64,000 nt of DNA from Christensenella sp. UBA1428 (lineage in GTDB: Bacteria; Bacillota; Clostridia; Christensenellales; UBA1750). Positions 27,950-40,364 of this stretch are shown here, piece after piece (positions within the stretch are counted from its first letter, which is position 1; each line of letters starts with the position of its first letter). The notes under the pieces were generated by a model, which did not search any database, was not told the DNA's origin, and saw nothing but the letters and a program-made list of their open reading frames with translations. The stretch spans positions 22,169-86,168 of the forward strand of contig DCTY01000036.1 in the NCBI GenBank assembly GCA_002329335.1, written 5' to 3'. Both the position numbers and the translations under genes were made by a program.

Positions 27950-28972
27950 ATGAAAATTCTGGTAACGGGCGGCGCGGGTTATATCGGCAGCCATACCTGC
28001 GTGGAATTGCTGGCGGCGGGCTATGAGGTTGCCGTAGTGGATAATCTGGTCAATTCCAGCGCGCAGGCCATTTCGCGGGTGGCGCGCATTGCGGGCAGGC
28101 CGCTGGCGTTTTATCCGATCGACGTGTGTGACCGCGCAGCGCTTGAAACGGTGTTCAAGGCCGAATCGCCCGATGCGGTGATTCACTTTGCGGGGCTGAA
28201 AGCCGTTGGCGAATCGGTTGAAAAGCCGCTGGCATATTACCGCAACAATCTGGACGCGACGCTGTCGCTTTGCGAGACGATGGGCAAATTCGGCGTAAAA
28301 CGCATTTTGTTCAGCTCCTCTGCAACGGTCTATGGCGACGCGGCGCAGATGCCCATCGCCGAAAGCTGCCCCAAGGGCGTCTGCACCAATCCCTACGGAT
28401 GGACCAAATGGATGATCGAACAGATTTTGACCGATCTGACAAGCGCGCAGCCGGATTGGCAGGTGACGCTGCTGCGCTATTTTAACCCCATCGGTGCGCA
28501 TCCAAGCGGGCTGATCGGCGAAGATCCGCGCGGCATTCCCAATAACCTGTTGCCGTATGTGGCGCAGGTGGCGGTGGGCAAGCTGCCGTATCTGCGCATA
28601 TTCGGCGACGATTATCCGACCGTTGACGGAACCGGCGTGCGCGATTACCTGCATGTGGTGGACTTGGCGCGCGGGCATGTGATGGCGCTGGCGGCGCAGC
28701 GCGCGGGCGTGCAGGTTTATAACCTGGGCACCGGCAGGGGCAGCAGCGTGCTGGAGGTTGTGCGTGCGTTTGAACAGGCCAGCGGCAGGCCGGTGCCGTA
28801 CCGGATTGCTCCGCGCCGGCCCGGCGATGTGGCGGAAAACTATTGCGATCCGTCCCTGGCGCTTCGGGAGCTTGGCTGGAAAACGCAGTATGACCTGCAT
28901 ACGATGTGCGTGGACGCCTGGAACTGGCAGCGGCAAAACCCGGACGGGTACCCGGAAAATGCCGGCGCGTAA
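27950..28972 (+). CDS. galE: UDP-glucose 4-epimerase
   Basis: MKILVTGGAGYIGSH, YGWTKWM (YxxxK) and overall GalE collinearity. RBS AGGAGGA. Confidence 0.9.
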   Translation: MKILVTGGAGYIGSHTCVELLAAGYEVAVVDNLVNSSAQAISRVARIAGRPLAFYPIDVCDRAALETVFKAESPDAVIHFAGLKAVGESVEKPLAYYRNNLDATLSLCETMGKFGVKRILFSSSATVYGDAAQMPIAESCPKGVCTNPYGWTKWMIEQILTDLTSAQPDWQVTLLRYFNPIGAHPSGLIGEDPRGIPNNLLPYVAQVAVGKLPYLRIFGDDYPTVDGTGVRDYLHVVDLARGHVMALAAQRAGVQVYNLGTGRGSSVLEVVRAFEQASGRPVPYRIAPRRPGDVAENYCDPSLALRELGWKTQYDLHTMCVDAWNWQRQNPDGYPENAGA

Positions 28973-28983
28973 AAGCGGCGCTT

Positions 28984-29151
28984 TGGCGTGTCAAAAAACA
29001 TCCTTGAGGAAGGATCGTCAAGAAAGCGCAGCCTTCTTGACGTTCAATCCCGGCATCGCCGGCTTTTCCGCTAAGAGAACGAAAATCGTTGAATTTTCGT
29101 CCTTTGCAGCCCTGAAAGCGTCTTTGTGCGCGCGGCAGAGCGGCTTCAAAC
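28984..29151 (-). repeat. Multi-hairpin intergenic repeat, copy C (reverse orientation, 5'-truncated)
   Basis: The reverse complement aligns with copy A from TTTGAAG...AAAGACGCT..CAGGGCTGCAAAG to GTTTTTTGACACGCC. Flanked by GCGGCGCTT at 28975-28983 and 29152-29160. Confidence 0.9.
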
Positions 29152-29322
29152 GCGGCGCTTGCCATTTGGCGGGAATTGGATTATACTGAAAGCGCATGAA
29201 ATATGAATTGAAAATACGCAGCGCCGTTTTTCGGCTTGCCGGGGCGGGCATGTGATGGCGATGCCTGCGCGGGCGGGGATGCGGCGGCGTCTTTTCAAGC
29301 ACAAAGAAAGGGAACCATTGCG

Positions 29323-30198
29323 ATGAAACAAAATCTTTTGATTTCCGGATTTGCCGATGAAATCAGCCCGGATTTTACCAAACAGCTTCAAACCGTGACC
29401 GAGCTTGGCATGCGCTATATTTCCCTGCGCTCTGCCGATGGCAAAAATATCGCCGAATATACGCCGCAGCAGGCGCGCGAACAGCTTTTGCCAAAGCTTT
29501 CGCAGTTCGGCGTGCGCGTGTCGTCCATCGGTTCGCCGATCGGCAAGGTCGATATCGGGGATGAAGCGGGCTTTGAAAAACAGCTTGCGGCCCTTGAGAA
29601 CCTCTGCCAGATCTGCCAGCTGCTGCAATGCCGCTATATCCGCATTTTCAGCTTTTTTATCCCGGAAGGGCAGGATCCGGAGCGCTACCGCGAGGCGGTG
29701 CTGGAAAAAATGCGCCGGTTTGTGCAGGTTGCGGAACGATACGGCGTGATGCTGCTGCATGAAAATGAAAAGGATATTTACGGCGATACCGGCGCGCGCT
29801 GCAAGGTGATTCTGGACGCGCTGGGCGGGCCGAACCTGCGGGCGGCGTTTGACTTTGCCAATTTCGTCCAGTGCGGGGAGGATACGGCGGTTTGCTGGGA
29901 AATGCTCAAACCGTATATCGAGTACATTCATATCAAGGACGCGGTGGCCGCAACGCGGGAAAACGTGCCCTGCGGTACCGGAGAAGGGAAAATTCCCCAG
30001 CTGCTTGCCCAGGCAATCCGGGACGGTTATGAAGGGTTCCTCACGCTTGAGCCGCATCTGGTGCGCTTCGTTTCGCTGCAGTCCCTGGAAAAGCAGGACG
30101 CAGCCGAGGTGATCAAGGCCGATAAGGCCGAAAACGGCGCGCAGGGATATGCCATCCAGTATCGCGCGCTCAAGGAGATTCTGGACCAAATCGGTTAG
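29323..30198 (+). CDS. Sugar phosphate isomerase/epimerase (xylose-isomerase-like TIM barrel)
   Basis: 291 aa, GFADEIS start, LHENEKDIYG and LTLEPHL motifs typical of AP-endonuclease-2/XI-like TIM barrels. Confidence 0.8.
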   Translation: MKQNLLISGFADEISPDFTKQLQTVTELGMRYISLRSADGKNIAEYTPQQAREQLLPKLSQFGVRVSSIGSPIGKVDIGDEAGFEKQLAALENLCQICQLLQCRYIRIFSFFIPEGQDPERYREAVLEKMRRFVQVAERYGVMLLHENEKDIYGDTGARCKVILDALGGPNLRAAFDFANFVQCGEDTAVCWEMLKPYIEYIHIKDAVAATRENVPCGTGEGKIPQLLAQAIRDGYEGFLTLEPHLVRFVSLQSLEKQDAAEVIKADKAENGAQGYAIQYRALKEILDQIG

Positions 30199-30273
30199 GC
30201 GAATAATAAAGGCTTTGCACCGCGCGGGGCGTTCCCCGGCAGCGGCGCAAAGCCTTTTTTGCAGGAAGCTTTT

Positions 30274-30864
30274 TCAGCCGTCTGCGTTTTGACGCTGGGC
30301 GGCGTTTTGGAGGCAGGCGGCAATTTGCCCGGGCAAAAGCGCGCTGACGGGCAAAAGCGCCTCGGGCGCGCCCTGGCAGGGCGTCAGCACATGGCGCATC
30401 CACGCCACATCGCGCCACAGCCCCATTTTATAGCCGGCGTTTTGCTGGATATAAACCGTTTCAAAGCCCATCGCGCGATGAAATTCCATCGAGGGGCGGT
30501 TGGGCTGGGTGATGATTGCATAGAGCGTGTGTACATGCTGCAGGCGCAACAGCGCAAACAGCGCCTGATACAGCGCGCTTGCCACGCCGCGGCGCGCGAA
30601 GCGTTCGTCGACATAAATCGTCGTTTCCGCGTTCCAGTCGTAGGCCTTACGTTCCTGCAGCCGGTGGGCATAGGCGTAGCCGGCAATCTGACCGTCCAGC
30701 TGGCAGACCAGCACGGGATAAACGGCGGCAAAGCCGGCCAGGCGTGCGGTAAACTGATCGAGCGTGGGCGGTTCGTATTCAAAGCTGACGGCGCTTTGGG
30801 TCACATACGGCCGGTAAATTTCAAGCATGGCCGCAGCGTCTGCCGGCGTATAGAAACGGATCAT
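30274..30864 (-). CDS. GNAT N-acetyltransferase (phosphinothricin-acetyltransferase-like)
   Basis: MIRFYTPADAAAMLEIY...; RRGVASALYQALF acetyl-CoA motif. ATGA overlap with the upstream hemZ-like stop. Confidence 0.8.
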   Translation of the reverse strand: MIRFYTPADAAAMLEIYRPYVTQSAVSFEYEPPTLDQFTARLAGFAAVYPVLVCQLDGQIAGYAYAHRLQERKAYDWNAETTIYVDERFARRGVASALYQALFALLRLQHVHTLYAIITQPNRPSMEFHRAMGFETVYIQQNAGYKMGLWRDVAWMRHVLTPCQGAPEALLPVSALLPGQIAACLQNAAQRQNADG

Positions 30865-32288
30865 GACAAGCCCTCCCCTGCGCCGTACAATGCGCGCTTT
30901 TTTTCAATCATTTCGTCAATCCGCGCAATGTACAGCTCAATGTTTTTTAAATTTGCCGCCCGCTCGATGCGCCTGCGGCCGTCAAACACCCATTTGCTGA
31001 TGGCGCCCGCGCCGAAGGCCAGGTTGCAGGTGGTTTCCTCCATTACGTCCACATTGTAAATGCAGGCCTTGCCGGGACGGCAGTAGCCGACGTTTTCAAG
31101 ATTGCCCGCCATATACTTTTGCCGGTACAGATAATAGGGCGTGTAGCCCTGCCCAAGCGCAAACGCGCAGCCGGCCTCGACCATGGCCTGCGCCGCTTCG
31201 GGCGCGGCCTGGACATAACCGCCCAGCTTCAGGGCGGAAGCGCGCTTGATGGCCAGCGTATGGATGGTCAGGCTTTCGGGCGCCAAAAACGCGATCTGCT
31301 CGAGCGTATGGGTAAAATCGGCAAGATCCTCCCCCGGCAGCGCGGCGATGATATCGGCGTTGATGTTGTCAAATCCCTGTGCGCGCGCCAGGGCAAAGGC
31401 CTCATGGATGGCCTTGGTGCTGTGGCTGCGCCCAATGGCGGCGAGCGTTTGGTCGTTCATGGTCTGCGGATTGATGGAGATGCGCGTCGCGCCCGCCTGG
31501 CGGATGACCCGCAGCTTGTCCGGGTCGATGCTGTCGGGGCGGCCGGCCTCGACCGTCAGCTCCGGGCAGTGGCCGAACCCGCAAAGCGCCGCGTCCAAAA
31601 CGGCTTCCAGCTGCGCGGCGGTCAGCGCTGTGGGCGTGCCGCCGCCGACATAGACGCTCCGTACGGTGCGCCCCATGGCCCGCATGTCCGCGGCCCCGGC
31701 GGCAATTTCCCGCACAAGCGCCTGCACATACGCCTGGGTCCATTTGCCGCCGGTTTTTAAATCCGTCGCGGCAAACGAACAGTAGGAGCAGCGCGTGGGG
31801 CAAAAGGGAATGCCGATATAAATGCTTACGCCGTTTTCCGTCCGGTCATATACCGGCGCCTGCGCGCGTATAATCTGAGCAAGCAGCCCCGCCTTTTCCG
31901 GCGAAACGTCGAAGGTTGCCGATACCTGCGCCGCAGCGTCGTCCAGCGTCAGCCCCTGCGCCATCGCTTCATAGACAAGCCGCGTGGGCCGGATGCCGGT
32001 AAGCGCGCCCCAGGGCGGCCGGTACCCGGTAAACTGTTTGAGGGTTTCATAAAGCCCCTGCTTGCAAAAACGCTTGCGCAGGCGAATGTATTCCAGCTCG
32101 TCTGAAAAATGCCCCTGCTGCTCAAAACTGCGGGTCAGGCTGCGGGCCTGCATACTGACGGTAAACCGATCCCGCCAGGTAAGGCCCTCGTCTGCGCTTT
32201 CGTGCTGGACGCGGATGCCGGCGTCAAACAGCCTGAGCGTATCCGCCAGGTCGTTTTCAAACCTGGGCAATGTGGTGGTCAGCTCCAT
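30861..32288 (-). CDS. hemZ: HemN/HemZ-like radical SAM oxidoreductase (coproporphyrinogen dehydrogenase family)
   Basis: Radical-SAM CPTRCSYCSF, GGGTPT, and a long N-terminal extension as in HemZ. RBS AGGAGG. Confidence 0.8.
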   Translation of the reverse strand: MELTTTLPRFENDLADTLRLFDAGIRVQHESADEGLTWRDRFTVSMQARSLTRSFEQQGHFSDELEYIRLRKRFCKQGLYETLKQFTGYRPPWGALTGIRPTRLVYEAMAQGLTLDDAAAQVSATFDVSPEKAGLLAQIIRAQAPVYDRTENGVSIYIGIPFCPTRCSYCSFAATDLKTGGKWTQAYVQALVREIAAGAADMRAMGRTVRSVYVGGGTPTALTAAQLEAVLDAALCGFGHCPELTVEAGRPDSIDPDKLRVIRQAGATRISINPQTMNDQTLAAIGRSHSTKAIHEAFALARAQGFDNINADIIAALPGEDLADFTHTLEQIAFLAPESLTIHTLAIKRASALKLGGYVQAAPEAAQAMVEAGCAFALGQGYTPYYLYRQKYMAGNLENVGYCRPGKACIYNVDVMEETTCNLAFGAGAISKWVFDGRRRIERAANLKNIELYIARIDEMIEKKRALYGAGEGLS

Positions 32289-32296
32289 AACGCCTC

Positions 32297-32746
32297 CTAA
32301 AACAGCCGCGTGGAATCCAGCAGAATCGTCACCGGGCCGTCGCCCAGCATCTGAATCTGCATATCCGCGCCGAATTGCCCGTGCTCAACCGTCACGCCCT
32401 GCTGCGCTACGGCGTCGCAGAGCGCCAGATACATCTGCTGCGCCTGCTGCGGCGCGGCGCTGGCGGAAAAACCGGGACGGTTGCCATGGCGTGCATCGCC
32501 GGCAAGCGTGAACTGGGAAACGATCAGCATCTGCCCGCCGGTTTGGCGGATATCCAGATTCATCTTGCCGTTTTCGTCCTCAAAAATGCGCAGGCGGACT
32601 AGCTTGCCGGCAATATATGCCAGATCCTCCTGCGTATCGCCCGCCATGACGCATACCAGCACCAGAAACCCGGTTCCGGTTTGCGCGATGCATCGGCCGT
32701 CCACCTCCACCGCCGCGCTTTTTACGCGCTGTACGACTGCCCGCAT
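32297..32746 (-). CDS. dtd: D-aminoacyl-tRNA deacylase
   Basis: MRAVVQRV...VSQFTL...G.RP.F, the canonical Dtd pattern. 149 aa. RBS AAGGAGGG. Confidence 0.9.
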   Translation of the reverse strand: MRAVVQRVKSAAVEVDGRCIAQTGTGFLVLVCVMAGDTQEDLAYIAGKLVRLRIFEDENGKMNLDIRQTGGQMLIVSQFTLAGDARHGNRPGFSASAAPQQAQQMYLALCDAVAQQGVTVEHGQFGADMQIQMLGDGPVTILLDSTRLF

Positions 32747-32904
32747 GCGATGCCCTCCTTTTTTTGCTTTTGCGCCGGAACGCAGGCGTCCCGCCAAACG
32801 GCGCAAATACCCCAATATATGTTGTTTATTATAGCATCGTGGCGGGTGATGTGCAAATGCTTTGCATTTAGTGTTGACTAATCCTGCGGCGCGCTGATAC
32901 AATA

Positions 32905-33034
32905 CAGATGTAAATGAGGGAGTAGTTCGCGCCCCCTGCGGGTGTGGCAAGTCAACATACTGGCCCAAACGGCCTGGCTTTCCTTAAAGAACAAGACTCA
33001 TGCACGTTTGTTTGGCGTGCATGGGTCTTTTTTG
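32905..33034 (+). promoter_or_regulatory. yybP-ykoY (Mn2+) riboswitch with terminator, upstream of mntP
   Basis: GAGGGAGUAG, GGCAAGUCAACAUAC and AACAAGACUC conserved blocks. Terminator AGACTCATGCACG/CGTGCATGGGTCT plus T6. Promoter TTGACT-18-TACAAT at 32874-32903. Confidence 0.85.
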
Positions 33035-33070
33035 TTCACACAAACCGCAAAGCGGAGAGGAGTATTTTTC

Positions 33071-33628
33071 ATGTTTTTTCTGGAGACCATCGGCATCGGC
33101 GTCGGCCTGAGCATGGACGCGTTTGCCATCACTCTGGCCAATATGATGGCGTATGCGGGCCAGCTGCGCGGCGGCAAAAAGTGGCTGATGCCGTTGTTTT
33201 TCGCGGTGTTTCAGGGCCTGATGCCGCTGCTTGGCGCGCTTTTGGGCACTGTGCTGGAGCGGTTTATCACCCGCTTTGCGCCCTGGGTCATGTTTGCGGT
33301 GCTTTGCGCCATCGGCGGGAAAATGCTGTGGGATGGGCTGCACGACGGCGGACAGGACGGCCAGACGCAGACGCGGTGCTGTTCGGTCGGCCTGATCGCC
33401 CTTCAGGCGGTGGCAACCAGCATTGACGCGTTTGCCGTTGGGGTCGGGTTTGCGGTGTCCGGGCAAAACGCATTTGCCGCCGTGCCGGTCATTGCGCTGA
33501 CGACCTTTGTCATCTGCGGTGCGGGCGTTCTTTTGGGCGGCAAATTTGCGGCGCTGCTTGAAAATAAAGCGACGATTTTCGGCGGGCTGATTCTCATTGC
33601 CATCGGGATCCTGTCGCTTGTGGGATAA
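33071..33628 (+). CDS. mntP: Manganese efflux pump MntP
   Basis: GVGLSMDAFAIT...and second repeat TSIDAFAVGV (DUF204 duplication). RBS GGAGAGGAG. Confidence 0.85.
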   Translation: MFFLETIGIGVGLSMDAFAITLANMMAYAGQLRGGKKWLMPLFFAVFQGLMPLLGALLGTVLERFITRFAPWVMFAVLCAIGGKMLWDGLHDGGQDGQTQTRCCSVGLIALQAVATSIDAFAVGVGFAVSGQNAFAAVPVIALTTFVICGAGVLLGGKFAALLENKATIFGGLILIAIGILSLVG

Positions 33629-33695
33629 GGGCTTTTGCCCAAAGGGACGCTTTTGTCCCATTGACAGCGGAACAAAAGCATGATATTGTTTTTTT

Positions 33696-33825
33696 AACAA
33701 CTCAATATTGAGGGAGTAATTCCACAGAACCATGTGGGGCAAGTCAACAGCAAGCCGTGTATAACGGCTGGTTTGTCCTGAAAGAATGAGACTCAAAGAC
33801 AAATTTCTGCCTTTGGGTCTTTTTT
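33696..33825 (+). promoter_or_regulatory. Second yybP-ykoY (Mn2+) riboswitch with terminator, upstream of the P-type ATPase
   Basis: UUGAGGGAGUAA, GGCAAGUCAACAG and AAUGAGACUC blocks. Terminator AGACTCAAAG/CTTTGGGTCT plus T5. Promoter TTGACA-17-TATTGT at 33661-33689. Confidence 0.8.
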
Positions 33826-33871
33826 CATAGCAAGCCCTGAGGCGCAAATCAAATTACAGATGGAGGATTGT

Positions 33872-36508
<2,637 letters not shown>

Positions 36509-36957
36509 ATTGCGTGTGTAAAAGACGAAAGAACGGCGCATATACGGGCGCGTCGGGCATGCCCGCATAAAAACGGGTGCTTCCGACAAAACGCTGTAGG
36601 AACCCAATCCATGCGCAGGCCCAAGAGGCGGCGCTGGTAAAACCGTGAACCGTGGCAGTTATTTCAGCTGCCACGGTTTTATTGTTTGCGGCTGTTCGTT
36701 TGTGATAAAAAATGTCGTGCAATCCTTGAACCAAAATGAAAAATCAAACGCTCAGGAGAATGGCGTTTAACCTGAATTTGAAAAATGCAGCTTTTATAAA
36801 GGGCATTGTGCCGGCAGCTTTTTTGTATTGGCGATTCAACCGCAGCGTTTTCGGTTCGATCAGGACACGTTTGGATCAAACAGATTGGCCGGCATGGATT
36901 GGCAGAAAATACAGGAAAAGGCATTGACAGAAATAAATAGTTGTGCTATCATCCAAA

Positions 36958-36977
36958 ATAGTTGATCGATCAACTAT
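36958..36977. promoter_or_regulatory. Perfect 20-bp palindrome, candidate MarR operator
   Basis: ATAGTTGATC|GATCAACTAT lies between the promoter (TTGACA 36924-36929, 17 nt, TATCAT 36947-36952) and the marR RBS. A third ATAGTTG half-site overlaps the spacer. Confidence 0.6.
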
Positions 36978-36998
36978 ATGGAGGAACGGAGGGATTCT

Positions 36999-37502
36999 AT
37001 GGATCTGTCTCGAAGAATGATTACCAAAATTGCCCGCAATGCGGCGCGCTTCACGCAGCGCCAGGGAAAGGCTTTGGGGCTGGGCTCCAGCGAATATGAA
37101 GCGCTGCACTTTATTCGGAAAAATCCGGGCGTCTGCCAGGATGCGGTTGTGCAGGGGCTTGGGCTGGAAAAAAGCGCGGTTGCGCATTTGATGGCTGGTC
37201 TTGAGCAAAAAGGGTTCATCACGCGCACAAAGGATCCGCAGGATAATCGCCGCCGCCTCTTATTTGCCACGCCCAAGGCGGAGCGCCTGCGCGACAGCCG
37301 CGCCGCGCTGGAAGCGTATTACTACCAATGGCTGCTGGAAACGCTTGCGCCGGCGCAGCGCGACGCGTTTTTGCAGACGTTGGAACTGCTTTATCAAAGA
37401 TCAAAAATGGATTGGCGAAACGGCTTTGCCGAAATTCTGGCAAGCATGAAGGAGGGGCAGCATACGCATGAAATCGACGCAAACCAAAGCGAGTCAACCT
37501 GA
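36999..37502 (+). CDS. MarR-family transcriptional regulator
   Basis: Winged-helix pattern LEKSAVAHLMAGLEQKGFITRTKDPQDNRRRLLFATPKA. RBS GGAGGG. Alternative ATG at 36978. Confidence 0.8.
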   Translation: MDLSRRMITKIARNAARFTQRQGKALGLGSSEYEALHFIRKNPGVCQDAVVQGLGLEKSAVAHLMAGLEQKGFITRTKDPQDNRRRLLFATPKAERLRDSRAALEAYYYQWLLETLAPAQRDAFLQTLELLYQRSKMDWRNGFAEILASMKEGQHTHEIDANQSEST

Positions 37503-38724
37503 TTTTGTCAAATCTGTCATTGCAGTGATCGTGCTGTTTGGCCTGGTCAGCTGCTTTGGCGACATCATTTATGAAGGCGCCCGCAGCGCGAACGGTCAAT
37601 ATTTCAACCTTCTGGCAATTAACGCAACGACGGTTGGCGTAATTTACGGCATCGGGGAATTTTTGGGCTATGCGCTGCGCCTGGTGTCCGGGAAAATTTC
37701 CGACGCCACCGGCAAACACTGGACGATGATCTTCATCGGATACGGCACGCTGATCGTTGTGCCGCTGATGGGGCTGACGACCAGCATTCCCGTGCTGTGC
37801 GCGCTGTTTTTGCTGGAACGCATCGGCAAGGCGCTGCGCAACCCGCCGAAAGATACGATCCTGTCGCAGATTGCGCAAAATGCCGTTGGGACGGGATTTG
37901 TGTTTGGCCTCCAGGAGGCGCTGGATCAGCTGGGCGCTTTTGCAGGGCCGATGGTATTTACGGCGGTATTTCTGTCAACCGGGCAGGAGACGCTTGAAAG
38001 CTACCAGCTGGGATATCGGGTGCTGTTTTTTGCCTTTATTCTGGTTATGGCGGCGGTATGGATCGCCTATCGGCGGGTACGCAAATATGATCTGACCCAT
38101 CAGGAGCGGATCAATCGCCAGGAGGACCGGCTTACCGGAACATTTTGGCTGTACTGTCTCTTTACGTTTTTAACGACGTTTGGATTTGTTGCCTATTCCA
38201 TTATCGGCTTTCATCTCAAAGCGCAGGGCGTATTGCCGGATGCGAGTATTACCGCGTTTTACTCCATTGCAATGGTGGTGGACGCCGGGGTGGCGCTGGC
38301 AATTGGGCGTTTGTATGATACGATCAAGAAGCGTACCGGCAACCGGCAGGCAGGCCTTTTAACGCTGGCGTTTATTCCGGCGGCAACGGCGATCATCCCG
38401 TTTTTGACGCTGGGTACGCATACTGCCGCCGCCATTGCCGGATTGATCCTCTACGGGGTGGTGCTGGGCACGCACGAAACCGTCATGCGCTCGGCGATTG
38501 CGGATTTGACGTCGTTTAAAAAGCGCGGTACGGCTTACGGTATTTTCAATGCGGCCTATGGTCTGGCGTTCCTGGCGGGCAGCAGCGTCATGGGGGTCAT
38601 GTATGACCATCTGCCGGCGCTGTCAATCGGCCTTGTGACAGTCGCGGCACAGGCTGCCGCGCTGGCGGTGTTTGTTTTGCTGCGCCGGCGCGTTCATCAA
38701 AGCGGCGCTGTGGAACCCCGGTGA
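37468..38724 (+). CDS. MFS transporter
   Basis: 418 aa, about 12 TM segments. Overlaps the marR end by 35 nt. RBS GAAGGAGGGG. Confidence 0.85.
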   Translation: MKSTQTKASQPDFVKSVIAVIVLFGLVSCFGDIIYEGARSANGQYFNLLAINATTVGVIYGIGEFLGYALRLVSGKISDATGKHWTMIFIGYGTLIVVPLMGLTTSIPVLCALFLLERIGKALRNPPKDTILSQIAQNAVGTGFVFGLQEALDQLGAFAGPMVFTAVFLSTGQETLESYQLGYRVLFFAFILVMAAVWIAYRRVRKYDLTHQERINRQEDRLTGTFWLYCLFTFLTTFGFVAYSIIGFHLKAQGVLPDASITAFYSIAMVVDAGVALAIGRLYDTIKKRTGNRQAGLLTLAFIPAATAIIPFLTLGTHTAAAIAGLILYGVVLGTHETVMRSAIADLTSFKKRGTAYGIFNAAYGLAFLAGSSVMGVMYDHLPALSIGLVTVAAQAAALAVFVLLRRRVHQSGAVEPR

Positions 38725-38791
38725 AGCAAGGAAACCGGAATATCAAAAAATCGGACGTGCAGAACGGGCATGTCCGATTTTTTGATAAAAT

Positions 38792-39319
38792 TCAGGTGGG
38801 AGAAGCGGGGGCGTCAGACGCTGTGTGCGACGGATTTTTTTCCGACTGTACCCGACGGGTACGGAAAAAGCCGGAGAGCAGCTCCGCGCATTGCTGCCGG
38901 CAAACGCCGCCGATGATTTGGGTGGCACAGCCAAGGCGCGGGTCGCTGCAAAGCGCGTAGACGCTGCCGGCGCAGCCCATGCGGGGGTCATATGCGCCGT
39001 AAACAACGCGTTTTAGCCGGGCAAGCCCGATGGCGCCTGCGCACATGGGGCAGGGCTCGAGCGTAACGTACAGCGTCGCGTCGTCAAACCGCCAGGAGCC
39101 AATCTGCTGCGCCGCTTCGCGCAGCGCCAGAATTTCCGCGTGTCCGCAGGGATCGCCGCTTTGCTCGCGCCGGTTATGCGCGCGGGCAATGACCTGCCCC
39201 TGCCAGACAACGACCGCGCCTACGGGCACCTCGCCTGCCGCTGCGGCCAAACGTGCCTGCGCCAGCGCCTGCGCCATATAGTTTTCGTGAAAGTTCAAAT
39301 CCGTATCAGGCGCGCTCAT
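38792..39319 (-). CDS. tadA: tRNA adenosine(34) deaminase
   Basis: CGHAEILALREA and TLEPCPMCAGA zinc-binding motifs. ATGA overlap with the upstream USP gene stop. Confidence 0.85.
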   Translation of the reverse strand: MSAPDTDLNFHENYMAQALAQARLAAAAGEVPVGAVVVWQGQVIARAHNRREQSGDPCGHAEILALREAAQQIGSWRFDDATLYVTLEPCPMCAGAIGLARLKRVVYGAYDPRMGCAGSVYALCSDPRLGCATQIIGGVCRQQCAELLSGFFRTRRVQSEKNPSHTASDAPASPT

Positions 39320-39756
39320 AGCTGAACCTGGGGCGTAAGGGGCAGCGCCTGGGCCGCAGCGGCCGCTGCCATGGCGTCGGAGGGGATGATGCACTGTTCA
39401 ACGCCCGGCAGGGCCTGGCGCAGCTTTCCGGGAAATTCCCAAACGCCCGTTGCGGCCGGGCCGCCCAGAACGATATGGGTGATGTGATTTTTTTTGGCAA
39501 AATCCGCCAACGTGCCGACGACATCGGTTGAGCGCAGGATCGTCATATCGGCGCCGAAATGGGCGGAAATACGATAAAGGTATTCCAGCGCGCCGGCGGT
39601 GTCGCCGACACCCAGAAAAGGGCTGGTGTCATCTGCGACATGTACGACGCTCACCGGGCAGTCCAGCGTTTGGGCAAAAGCCGCGCTGTGGCGGATCAGC
39701 CGTTCGCAGGTGCGCTGTCCGGTGACGCATACCATCACATGATAATGTTTGTTCAT
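39316..39756 (-). CDS. Universal stress protein (USP/KdpD-Usp-like) domain protein
   Basis: 146 aa, HVMVCVTGQ...VHV...HIVLGG pattern of the adenine-nucleotide alpha-hydrolase/USP fold. Confidence 0.65.
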   Translation of the reverse strand: MNKHYHVMVCVTGQRTCERLIRHSAAFAQTLDCPVSVVHVADDTSPFLGVGDTAGALEYLYRISAHFGADMTILRSTDVVGTLADFAKKNHITHIVLGGPAATGVWEFPGKLRQALPGVEQCIIPSDAMAAAAAAQALPLTPQVQL

Positions 39757-39914
39757 GCTTGTTCCATCCTGTTCTGAAAGACCGTTTTTTTTTCACAGGG
39801 CGGCGCAAAAGGGAATGCCGGCGGCGTTCCCGTAAGGCGCGCAGCTGCCTGAAAATACAAAAAGCTGCGCCTGCGACAAAATGTCAAAGCCTTTCGATAT
39901 CAAAATACCATCGG

Positions 39915-40364
39915 TCAGTCAAGCGCCACAATGCTTTGCCCAAAGGTGGTCAGCTTCAGTTTCTGTCCCTCTTCAAGCGGCGGTAGGGGCTTGAGCTCGT
40001 CCCAGTAAAGCCGGTGTTCAAAGCCGTCCTCATCCAGCACGATGATCGGGCGGAAACGTACGCCGTCGCGCACATCCGCGTCCGGTTCGCTGCGCAGGAA
40101 AACCAGCTCGCGTTCATGGCGGCGCGCCTCAAACACGTCGCGCAGAAAACGGTGATAGCGGATCGGCGGCAGCAGAAAAACGGCGAAAAGGAAAAAATAA
40201 ACCGGCAGCACGATCAGCGATACAATCGTACACAGCAGCTGCAGCCGTGCAATGACAAAATAAACGCTCAGCGCAATATACAGCGCCAGCACGACGCCAA
40301 AAAGCACGCCCTTTTTTTTCAGTTCCCGATTTAAACGGTCAAGATCTTCCCGTGAATAGTGCAT
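39915..40364 (-). CDS. Hypothetical membrane protein
   Basis: 149 aa, two predicted TM helices then a soluble C-terminal domain. RBS GGGAGG. No family recognised. Confidence 0.6.
   Translation of the reverse strand: MHYSREDLDRLNRELKKKGVLFGVVLALYIALSVYFVIARLQLLCTIVSLIVLPVYFFLFAVFLLPPIRYHRFLRDVFEARRHERELVFLRSEPDADVRDGVRFRPIIVLDEDGFEHRLYWDELKPLPPLEEGQKLKLTTFGQSIVALD

Noticed and set aside
28482-29165. 227-aa minus ORF and 143-aa plus ORF (28758-29189) spanning the galE 3' end and repeat copy C
   Set aside because: They overlap galE and run through the noncoding repeat. The sequences are Pro/Arg/Ala-rich with no start context.
32853-32870. Palindrome AAATGC-TTT-GCATTT just upstream of the mntP riboswitch promoter as an MntR/DtxR-type operator
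   Set aside because: It does not resemble the MntR or DtxR boxes I know, and the arms are short (6 bp). It could equally be chance or a dtd-side element.
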